This document shows, one piece after another, positions 1 through 12,000 of a stretch of DNA of 64,000 nucleotides. Numbering within the stretch: position 1 is the first letter of the stretch; every line of letters begins with the position of its first letter. A model generated the notes under the pieces. It searched no databases, was not told the origin of the DNA, and saw only the letters and a program-made list of their open reading frames with translations. The translations under genes and the position numbers were made by a program. Source of the stretch: Eledone cirrhosa (Eukaryota); assembly GCA_964016885.1 (NCBI GenBank), contig OZ024741.1, forward strand, positions 250,728,001-250,792,000, written 5' to 3'.

Positions 1-3000
1 CCAGCCGTGCAAGGGAAGATAATTTCCAGCCGTCCAAGGGGAGATAATTTCCCGCCAGCCAAGGGAAGATAATTTTTAAAAAAATCCGGCGGAGATTGTA
101 AAAAAATCAGGGGGAGATAATTTGTAAAAAAATCAGGAGGAGATAATTTGTAAAAAAAAATCAGGGGGAGATAATTTGTAAAAAAAATCAGGGGGAGATA
201 ATTTGTAAAAAAAAATCAGGGGGAGATAATTTGTAAAAAAATCAGGGGTAGATAATTTGTAAAAAAAAATCAGGGGGAGATAATTTGTAAAAAAAATCAG
301 GGGGAGATAATTTGTAAAAAAAATCAAGGGGAGATAATTTGCAGCCGTCCAAGGGGAGATAATTTCCAGCCGTCCAAAGAGAGATAATTTCTAGACGTCC
401 AAGGGGAGATAATTTCCAGCCGTCCAAGGGGAGATAATTTCCAGCCGTCCAAGGGGAGATAATTTTTTAAAATATCAGGTGGAGATAATTTGTAAAAAAA
501 TCAGGGGGAGATAATTTGTAAAAACAAAATCAAGGGCAGATAATTTCCAGCCGTCCAAGGGGAGATAATTTCCCGCCAGCCAAGGGAAGATAATTTTTAA
601 AAAAATCAGACGGAGATAATTTGTAGAAAAATCAGGGGGAGATAATTTCCAGCCGTCCAAGGGGAGATAATTTTCAGCCGTGCAAGGAGAGGTAATTTCT
701 AGAGGTCCAAGGGGAGATAATTTCCAGCCGTGCAAGGGGAGATAATTTCCAGCCGTCCAAAGAGAGATAATTTCTAGCCGTCCAAGGGGAGATAATTTCC
801 AGCCGTCCAAGGGGAGATAATTTCCAGCCCTACAAGCAGCTATAATTTCCAGCCGTCCAAAGGGAGATAATTTCCAGCCAGCGAAGGGGAGATAATTTAT
901 TTTTAAATTAGGGGGAGATTTGTAAAAAAAATCAGGGGGAGATAATTTGTAAAAAAAATCAAGGGGAAATAATTTCCAGCCGTCCAAGGGGAGATAATTT
1001 CCAGCCGTTCAAGGGGAGATAATTTCCAGCCGTCCAAGGGGAGATAATTTTTTTAAAAAAATCAGGCGGAGATAATTTGTAAAAAAAAAATCAGGGGGAG
1101 ATAATTTGTAAAAAAAAATCGGGGAGATAATTTGTAAAAAAAAATCAGGGGGAGATAATATGTAAAAAAAATCAAGGGGAGATAATTTCCAGCCGTCCGA
1201 GGGAAGATAATTTCCAGCCCTCCAAGGGGCTATAATTTCCAGCGTCCAAGGGGAGATAATTTCCAGCCAGCGAAAGGGAGATTATTTTTTTTTAAAAATC
1301 ACTGGGAGATTTGTAAAAAAAATCAGGGGGAGATAATTTGTAAAAAAAATCAAGGGGAGATAATTTCCAGCCGTCCAAAGAGAGATAATTTCTAGCCGTC
1401 CAAGGGGAGATAATTTCCAGCCGTGCAAGGGGAGATAATTTCCAGCCGTCCAAGGGGAGATAATTTCCATCCTTCCAAGGGGAGATAATTTCCAGCCGTC
1501 CAAGGGGAGATTATTTCCCGCCAGCCAAGGGAAGATAATATTTAAAAAAATCAGGCGGAGATAATTTGTAAAATAAATCAGGGGGAGATAATTTGTAAAA
1601 AAATCAGGGGGAGATAATTTGTAAAAAAATCAGGGGGAGATAATTTGTAAAAAAAAATCAGGGGTAGATAATATGTAAAATAAGATCAGGGGGAGATAAT
1701 TTGTAAAAAAAAAATCAGGGGGAGATAATTTGTAAAAAAAATCAAGGGGAGATAATTTTCAGCCGTCCAAGGAGAGGTAATTTCTAGCCGTCCAAGGGGA
1801 GATAATTTCCAGCCGTCCAAGGGGAGATAATTTCCAGCCGTCCAAGGGGAGATAATTTTTTAAAAAAAATCAGGCGGAGATGATTTGTAAAAAAAAAATC
1901 AGGGGGAGATAATTTGTAAAAAAAAATCAGGGGGAGATAATTTGTAAAAAAAATCAAGGGGAGATAATTTCCAGCCGTCCAAGGGAAGATAATTTCCAGC
2001 CTCCAAGGGGCTATAATTTCCAGCGTCCAAGGGGAGATAATTTCCAGCCAGCGAAGGGGAGATAATTTTTTTAAAAAAATCACTGGGAGATTTGTAAAAA
2101 AAATCAGGGGGAGATAATTTGTAAAAAGAATCAAGGGTAGATAATTTCCAGCCGTCCAAAGAGAGATAATTTCTAGCCGTCCAAGGGGAGATAATTTCCA
2201 GCCAAGGGGAGATAATTTCCAGCCGTCCAAGGGGAGATAATTTTTTTAAATATCAGGTGGAGATAATTTGTAAAAAAAATCAGGGGGAGATAATTTGTAA
2301 AAACAAAATCAAGGGCAGATAATTTCCAGCCGTCCAAGGGGAGATAATTTCCAGCCGTGCAAGGGGAGATAATTTGTAAAAAAATCAGGGGGAGATAATT
2401 TCCAGCCGTCCAAGGGGAGATAATTTTCAGCCGTCCAAGGAGAGGTAATTTCTAGCCGTCCAAGGGGAGATAATTTCCAGCCGTGCAAGGGGAGATAATT
2501 TCCAGCCGTCCAAGGGGAGATAATTTCCATCCTTCCAAGGGGAGATAATTTCCAGCCGTCCAAGGGGAGATAATTTCCAGCCAGCGAAGGGGAGATAATT
2601 TTTTTTTTTAAATCAGGGGTAGATTGGTAAAAAAAAATCAGGGGGAGATAATTTGTAAAAAAATCAAGGGGAGATAATTTCCAGCCGTCGAAGGAGAGAT
2701 AATTTATAGCCGTCCAAGGGGAGATAATTTCCAGCAAGCCAAGGGAGATAATTTTTTAAAAAAATCAGGCGGAGATGATTTGTAAAAAAAATCAGGTGGA
2801 GATAATTTGTTAAAAAAAATCAGGGGGCGATAATTTCCAGGCGTCCAAGGGGAGATAATTTCCAGCCGTCCAAAGAGAGATAATTTCTAGCCGTCCAAGG
2901 GGAGATAATTTCCAGCCAAGGGGAGATAATTTCCAGCCGTCCAAGGGGAGATAATTTTTTAAAATATCAGGTGGAGATAATTTGTAAAAAAAATCAGGGG

Positions 3001-6000
3001 GAGATAATTTGTAAAAACAAAATCAAGGGCAGATAATTTCCAGCCGTCCAAGGGGAGATAATTTCCATCCTTCCAAGGGGAGATAATTTCCAGCCGTCCA
3101 AGGGGAGATAATTTCCATCCAGCCAAGGGGAGATAATTTTAAAAAAATCAGGCGGAGATAATTTGTAAAAAAAAAAATCAGGGGGAGATAATTTGTAAAA
3201 AAAAATCAGGGGGAGATAATTTGTAAAAAAATCAGGGGTAGATAATTTGTAAAAAAAATCAAGGGGAGATAATTTCCAGCCGTCCCAGGGGAGATAATTT
3301 CCAGCCAGCGAAGGGGAGATAATTTTTTTTTTAAATCAGGGGTAGATTGGTAAAAAAAAATCAGGGGGAGATAATTTGTAAAAAAATCAAGGGGAGATAA
3401 TTTCCAGCCGTCGAAGGAGAGATAATTTATAGCCGTCCAAGGGGAGATAATTTCCAGCAAGCGAAGGGAGATAATATTTTAAAAAAATCAGGCGGAGATG
3501 AATTGTAAAAAAAATCAGGTGGAGATAATTTGTTTAAAAAAATCAGGGGGCGATAATTTCCAGCCGTCCAAGGGGAGATAATTTTTTTTTTTAAATCAGG
3601 GGAGATAATTTGTAAAAACAAAATCAAGGGCAGATAATTTCCAGCTGTCCAAGGGGAGATAATTTCCAGCCGTGCAAGGGAAGATAATTTCCAGCCGTCC
3701 AAGGGGAGATAATTTCCCGCCAGCCAAGGGAAGATAATTTTTAAAAAAATCAGGCGGAGATTGTAAAAAAATCAGGGGGAGATAATTTTTAAAAAAATCA
3801 GGAGGAGATAATTTGTAAAAAAAAATTGGGGGGGAGATAATTTGTAAAAAAAATCAGGGGGAGATAATTTGTAAAAAAAAATCAGGGGGAGATAATTTGT
3901 AAAAAAATCAGGGGTAGATAATTTGTAAAAAAAAATCAGGGGGAGATAATTTGTAAAAAAAAATCAGGGGGAGATAATTTGTAAAAAAAATCAAGGGGAG
4001 ATAATTTGCAGCCGTCCAAGGGGAGATAATTTCCAGCCGTCCAAAGAGAGATAATTTCTAGACGTCCAAGGGGAGATAATTTCCAGCCGTCCAAGGGGAG
4101 ATAATTTCCAGCCGTCCAAGGGGAGATAATTTTTTAAAATATCAGGTGGAGATAATTTGTAAAAAAATCAGGGGGAGATAATTTGTAAAAACAAAATCAA
4201 GGGCAGATAATTTCCAGCCGTCCAAGGGGAGATAATTTCCCGCCAGCCAAGGGAAGATAATTTTTAAAAAAATCAGACGGATATAATTTGTAGAAAAATC
4301 AGGGGGAGATAATTTCCAGCCGTCCAAGGGGAGATAATTTTCAGCCGTGCAAGGAGAGGTAATTTCTAGAGGTCCAAGGGGAGATAATTTCCAGCCGTGC
4401 AAGGGGAGATAATTTCCAGCCGTCCAAAGAGAGATAATTTCTAGCCGTCCAAGGGGAGATAATTTCCAGCCGTGCATGGGGAGATAATTTCCAGCCGTCC
4501 AAGGAGAGGTAATTTCTAGCCGTCCAAGGGGAGATAATTTCCAGCCCTCCAAGGGGAGATAAATTCCAGCCTCCAAGGGGAGATAATTTCCAGCCAGCCA
4601 AGGGGAGATAATTTGTAAAAAAATCAGGGGGAGATAATTTGTAAAAAAAAATCAGGGGGAGATAATTTGTAAAAAAAAATCAGGGGGAGATAATTTGTAA
4701 AAAAAAATCAGGGGGAGATAATTTGTAAAAAAAATCAAGGAGAGATAATTTTCAGCCGTCCAAGGGGAGATAATTTTCAGCCGTCCAAGGAGAGGTAATT
4801 TCTAGCCGTCCAAGGGGATATAATTTCCAGCCGTCCAATGGGAGATAATTTCCAGCCGTCCAAGGGGAGATAATTTTAAAAAAAAATCAGGCGGAGATAA
4901 TTTGTAAAAAATAAATCAGGGGGAGATAATTTGTAAAAAAAAATCAGGGGGAGATAATTTGTAAAAAAGATCAGGGGGAGATAATTTGTAAAAAATATCA
5001 AGGGTAGATAATTTCCAGCCGTCCAAAGAGAGATAATTTCTAGCCGTCCAAGGGGAGATAATTTCCAGCCGTGCAAGGGGAGATAATTTCCAGCCGTCCA
5101 AGGGGAGATTATTTCCCGCCAGCCAAGGGAAGATAATATTTAAAAAAATCAGGCGGAGATAATTTGTAAAATAAATCAGGGGGAGATAATTTGTAAAAAA
5201 ATCAGGGGGAGATAATTTGTAAAAAAGATCAGGGGGAGATAATTTGTAAAAAAAAATCAGGGGTAGATAATATGTAAAATAAAATCAGGGGGAGATAATT
5301 TGTAAAAAAAAAATCAGGTGGAGATAAATTGTAAAAAAAATCAAGGGGAGATAATTTTCAGCCGTCCAAGGAGGGCTAATTTCTAGCCGTCCAAGGGGAG
5401 ATAATTTCCAGCCGTCCAAGGGGAGATAATTTCCAGCCGTCCAAGGGGAGATAATTTTTTTTAAAAAATCAGGCGGAGATAATTTGTAAAAAAAAAATCA
5501 GGGGGAGATAATTTGTAAAAAAAAATCAGGGGGAGATAATTTGTAAAAAAATCAAGGGGAGATAATTTCAAGCCGTCCAAGGGAAGATAATTTCCAGCCT
5601 CCAAGGGGCTATAATTTCCAGAGTCCAAGGGGAGATAATTTCCAGCCAGCGAAGGGGAGATAATTTTTTTAAAAAAATCACTGGGAGATTTGTAAAAAAA
5701 ATCAGGGGGAGATAATTTGTAAAAAGAATCAAGGGGAGATAATTTCCAACCGTCCAAAGAGAGATAATTTCTAGCCGTCCAAGGGGAGATAATTTCCAGC
5801 CAAGGGGAGATAATTTCCAGCCGTCCAAGGGGAGATAATTTTTTAAAATATAGGTGGAGATAATTTGTAAAAAAATCAGGGGGAGATAATTTGTAAAAAT
5901 AAAATCAAGGGCAGATAATTTCCAGCCGTCCAAGGGGAGATAATTTCCAGCCGTGCAAGGGGAGATAATTTGTAAAAAAAATCAGGGGGAGATAATTTCC

Positions 6001-9000
6001 AGCCGTCCAAGGGAGATAATTTTCAGCCGTCCAAGGAGAGGTAATTTCTAGCCGCCCAAGGGAAGATAATTTCCAGCCGTCCAAGGAGAGGTAATTTCTA
6101 GCCGTCCAAGGGGAGATAATGTCCAGCCGTCCTAGGGGAGATAATTTCCAGCCGTCCAAGGGGAGATAATTTTTAAAAAAATCAGGCGGAGATAATTTGT
6201 AAAAAAAAAATCAGGGGGAGATAATTTGTAAAAAAAAATCAGGGGGAGATAATTTGTAAAAAAAATCAAGGGGAGATAATTTCCCGCCAGCGAAGGGGAG
6301 ATAATTTTTTTAAAAAAATCACTGGGAGATTTGTAAAAAAAATCAGGGGGAGATAATTTGTAAAAAAAATCAAGGGGAGATAATTTCCAGCCGTCCAAAG
6401 AGAGATAATTTCTAGCCGTCCAAGGGGAGATAATTTCCAGCCAAGGGGAGATAATTTCCAGCCGTCCAAGGGGAGATAATTTTTTAAAAAATCAGGTGGA
6501 GATAATTTGTAAAAAAAATCAGGGGATGATAATTTGTAAAAACAAAATCAAGGGCAGATAATTTCCAGCCGTCCAAGGGGAGATAATTTCCAGCAGTGCA
6601 AGGGGAGATAATTTCCAGCCGTCCAAGGGGAGATAATTTCCATCCTTCCAAGGGAAGATAATTTCCAGCCGTCCAAGGGGAGATAATATTTAAAAAAATC
6701 AGACGGAGATAATTTGTAAAAAAAATCAGAGGGAGATAATTTGTAAAAAAATCAGGGGGAGATAATTTGTAAAAAAAAAAATCAGGTGGAGATAATTTGT
6801 AAAAAAAATCAGGGGGAGATAATTTGTAAAAAAAAATCAGGGTGAGATAATTTGTAAAAAAATCAGGGGTAGATAATTTGTAAAAAAAATCAAGGGGAGA
6901 TAATTTCCAGCCGTCCAAGGGTAGATAATTTCCAGCCAGCGAATGGGAGATAATTTTTTTTTTTAAATCAGGGGTAGATTGGTAAAAAAAAATCAGGGGG
7001 AGATAATTTGTAAAAAAATCAAGGGGAGATAATTTCCAGCCGTCGAAGGAGAGATAATTTATAGCCGTCCAAGGGGAGATAATTTCCAGCAAGCCAAGGG
7101 AGATAATATTTTAAAAAAATCAGGGGGAGATAATTTGTAAAAAAAAATCAGGGGTAGATAATTTGTAAAAAAAAATCAGGGGTAGATAATTTGTAAAAAA
7201 AAATCAAGGGGAGATAATTTCCAGCCGTCCAAAGAGAGATAATTTAAAAAAAAAATCAGGCGGAGATAATTTGTAAAAAAAAATCAGGGGTAGATAATTT
7301 GTAAAAAAAATCAGGGGGAGATAATTTGTAAAAAAAATCAAGGGGAGATAATTTCCAGCCGTCCAAGGGAAGATAATTTCCAGCCAAGGGGAGATAATTT
7401 CCAGCCGTCCAAGGGGAGATAATTTTTTAAAAAATCAGGTGGCGATAATTTGTAAAAAAAATCAAGGGGAGATAATTTGTAAAAACAAAATCAAGGGCCG
7501 ATAATTTCCAGCTGTCCAAGGGGAGATAATTTCCAGCCGTGCAAGGGAAGATAACTTCCAGCCGTCCAAGGGGAGATAATTTCCCGCCAGCCAAGGGAAG
7601 ATAATTTTTAAAAAAATCAGGCGTAGATTGTAAAAAAATCAGGGGGAGATAATTTGTAAAAAAATCAGGGGGAGATAATTTGTAAAAAAAAATCAGGGGG
7701 AGATAATTTGTAAAAGAAATCAGGGGGAGATAATTTGTAAAAAAAAATCAGGGGGAGATAATTTGTAAAAAAATCAGGGGTAGATAATTTGTAAAAAAAA
7801 TCAGGGGGAGATAATTTGTAAAAAAAAAATCAGGGGGAGATAATTTGTAAAAAAAATCAAGGGGAGATAATTTGCAGCCGTCCAAGGGGAGATAATTTCC
7901 AGCCGTCCAAAGAGAGATAATTTCTAGCCGTCCAAGGGGAGATAATTTCCAGCCGTCCAAGGGGAGATAATTTCCAGCCGTCCAAGGGGAGATAATTTTT
8001 AAAAACATCAGGTGGAGATAATTTGTAAAAAAATCAGGGGGAGATAATTTGTAAAAACAAAATCAAGGGCAGATAATTTCCAGCCGTCCAAGGGGAGATA
8101 ATTTCCCGCCAGCCAAGGGAAGATAATTTTTAAAAAAATCAGGCGGAGATAATTTGAAAAAAAAATCAGGGGGAGATAATTTGTAAAAAAATCAGGGGGA
8201 GATAATTTGTAAAAAAAAAATCAGGGGGAGATAATTTTTTAAAAAAATCAGGGGGAGATAATTTGTAAAAAAAAATCAAGGGGAGATAATTTCCAGCCGT
8301 CCAAGGAGAGATAATTTAAAAAAAAATTCAGGCGGAGATAATTTGTAAAAAAAAATCGGGCAGATAATTTGTAAAAAAAATCAGGAGGAGATAATTTGTA
8401 AAAAAAATCAAGGGGAGATAATTTCCAGCCGTCCAAGGGAAGATAATTTCCGGCCAAGGGGAGATAATTTCCAGCCGTCCAAGGGGAGATAATTTTTTAA
8501 AAAATCAGGTGGAGATAATTTGTAAAAAACATCAGGGGGAGATAATTTGTAAAAACAAAATCAAGGGCAGATAATTTCCAGCTGTCCAAGGGGAGATAAT
8601 TTCCAGCCGTGCAAGGGAAGATAATTTCCAGCCGTCCAAGGGGAGATAATTTCCCGCCAGCCAAGGGAAGATAATTTTTAAAAAAATCAGGCGGAGATTG
8701 TAAAAAAATCAGGGGGAGATAATTTGTAAAAAAATCAGGAGGAGATAATTTGTAAAAAAAAATCAGGGGGAGATAATTTGTAAAAAAAATCAGGGGGAGA
8801 TAATTTGTAAAAAAAAATCAGGGGGAGATAATTTGTAAAAAAATCAGGGGTAGATAATTTGTAAAAAAAAATCAGGGGGAGATAATTTGTAAAAAAAAAT
8901 CAGGGGGAGATAATTTGTAAAAAAAATCAAGGGGAGATAATTTGCAGCCGTCCAAGGGGAGATAATTTCCAGCCGTCCAAAGAGAGATAATTTCTAGACG

Positions 9001-12000
9001 TCCAAGGGGAGATAATTTCCAGCCGTCCAAGGGGAGATAATTTCCAGCCGTCCAAGGGGAGATAATTTTTTAAAATATCAGGTGGAGATAATTTGTAAAA
9101 AAATCAGGGGGAGATAATTTGTAAAAACAAAATCAAGGGCAGATAATTTCCAGCCGTCCAAGGGGAGATAATTTCCCGCCAGCCAAGGGAAGATAATTTT
9201 TAAAAAAATCAGACGGAGATAATTTGTAGAAAAATCAGGGGGAGATAATTTCCAGCCGTCCAAGGGGAGATAATTTTCAGCCGTGCAAGGAGAGGTAATT
9301 TCTAGAGGTCCAAGGGGAGATAATTTCCAGCCGTGCAAGGGGAGATAATTTCCAGCCGTCCAAAGAGAGATAATTTCTAGCCGTCCAAGGGGAGATAATT
9401 TCCAGCCGTCCAAGGGGAGATAATTTCCAGCCCTACAAGCAGCTATAATTTCCAGCCGTCCAAAGGGAGATAATTTCCAGCCAGCGAAGGGGAGATAATT
9501 TATTTTTAAATTAGGGGGAGATTTGTAAAAAAAATCAGGGGGAGATAATTTGTAAAAAAAATCAAGGGGAAATAATTTCCAGCCGTCCAAGGGGAGATAA
9601 TTTCCAGCCGTTCAAGGGGAGATAATTTCCAGCCGTCCAAGGGGAGATAATTTTTTTAAAAAAATCAGGCGGAGATAATTTGTAAAAAAAAAATCAGGGG
9701 GCGATAATTTGTAAAAAAAAATCGGGGAGATAATTTGTAAAAAAAAATCAGGGGGAGATAATATGTAAAAAAAATCAAGGGGAGATAATTTCCAGCCGTC
9801 CGAGGGAAGATAATTTCCAGCCCTCCAAGGGGCTATAATTTCCAGCGTCCAAGGGGAGATAATTTCCAGCCAGCGAAAGGGAGATTATTTTTTTTTAAAA
9901 ATCACTGGGAGATTTGTAAAAAAAATCAGGGGGAGATAATTTGTAAAAAAAATCAAGGGGAGATAATTTCCAGCCGTCCAAAGAGAGATAATTTCTAGCC
10001 GTCCAAGGGGAGATAATTTCCAGCCGTGCAAGGGGAGATAATTTCCAGCCGTCCAAGGGGAGATAATTTCCATCCTTCCAAGGGGAGATAATTTCCAGCC
10101 GTCCAAGGGGAGATTATTTCCCGCCAGCCAAGGGAAGATAATATTTAAAAAAATCAGGCGGAGATAATTTGTAAAATAAATCAGGGGGAGATAATTTGTA
10201 AAAAAATCAGGGGGAGATAATTTGTAAAAAAATCAGGGGGAGATAATTTGTAAAAAAAAATCAGGGGTAGATAATATGTAAAATAAGATCAGGGGGAGAT
10301 AATTTGTAAAAAAAAAATCAGGGGGAGATAATTTGTAAAAAAAATCAAGGGGAGATAATTTTCAGCCGTCCAAGGAGAGGTAATTTCTAGCCGTCCAAGG
10401 GGAGATAATTTCCAGCCGTCCAAGGGGAGATAATTTCCAGCCGTCCAAGGGGAGATAATTTTTTAAAAAAAATCAGGCGGAGATGATTTGTAAAAAAAAA
10501 ATCAGGGGGAGATAATTTGTAAAAAAAAATCAGGGGGAGATAATTTGTAAAAAAAATCAAGGGGAGATAATTTCCAGCCGTCCAAGGGAAGATAATTTCC
10601 AGCCTCCAAGGGGCTATAATTTCCAGCGTCCAAGGGGAGATAATTTCCAGCCAGCGAAGGGGAGATAATTTTTTTAAAAAAATCACTGGGAGATTTGTAA
10701 AAAAAATCAGGGGGAGATAATTTGTAAAAAGAATCAAGGGTAGATAATTTCCAGCCGTCCAAAGAGAGATAATTTCTAGCCGTCCAAGGGGAGATAATTT
10801 CCAGCCAAGGGGAGATAATTTCCAGCCGTCCAAGGGGAGATAATTTTTTTAAATATCAGGTGGAGATAATTTGTAAAAAAAATCAGGGGGAGATAATTTG
10901 TAAAAACAAAATCAAGGGCAGATAATTTCCAGCCGTCCAAGGGGAGATAATTTCCAGCCGTGCAAGGGGAGATAATTTGTAAAAAAAATCAGGGGGAGAT
11001 AATTTCCAGCCGTCCAAGGGGAGATAATTTTCAGCCGTCCAAGGAGAGGTAATTTCTAGCCGTCCAAGGGGAGATAATTTCCAGCCGTGCAAGGGGAGAT
11101 AATTTCCAGCCGTCCAAGGGGAGATAATTTCCATCCTTCCAAGGGGAGATAATTTCCAGCCGTCCAAGGGGAGATAATTTCCAGCCAGCGAAGGGGAGAT
11201 AATTTTTTTTTTTAAATCAGGGGTAGATTGGTAAAAAAAAATCAGGGGGAGATAATTTGTAAAAAAATCAAGGGGAGATAATTTCCAGCCGTCGAAGGAG
11301 AGATAATTTATAGCCGTCCAAGGGGAGATAATTTCCAGCAAGCCAAGGGAGATAATTTTTTAAAAAAATCAGGCGGAGATGATTTGTAAAAAAAATCAGG
11401 TGGAGATAATTTGTTAAAAAAAATCAGGGGGCGATAATTTCCAGCCGTCCAAGGGGAGATAATTTTCAGCCGTCCAAGGAGAGGTAATTTCTAGCCGTTC
11501 AAGGGGAGATAATTTCCAGCCGTCCAAGGGGAGATAATTTCCAGCCGTCCAAGGGGAGATAATTTTTTAAAAAAATCAGGCGGAGCTAATTTGTAAAAAA
11601 ATAATCAGGGGCAGATAATTTGTAAAAAAAAATCAGGGGGAGATAATTTGTATACAAAATCAAGGGGAGATAATTTCCAGCCGTCCAAGGCGAGATAATT
11701 TCTAGCCGTCCAAGGGAAGATAATTTACAGCTGTCCAAGGAGAGGTAATTTCTAGGCGTCCAAGGGGAGATAATTTCCAGCCGTCCAAGGGGAGATCATT
11801 TCCAGCCTGCCAAGGGGAGATAATTTCCAGGCAGCCAAGGTTAGATATTTGTAAAAAAAAATCAGGGGGAGATAATTAGTAAACAAAATCAAGGGGAGAT
11901 AATTTCCAGCCGTCCAAGGGGAGATAATTTCCAGCCCTACAAGCAGCTATAATTTCCAGCCGTCCAAAGGGAGATAATTTCCAGCCAGCGAAGGGGAGAT

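Noticed and set aside
460-490. TnAm palindromes and T-runs as terminators, and GGAG/GGAGG as Shine-Dalgarno sites
   Set aside because: They are by-products of the repeat. There are no GC stems and no associated coding sequences.
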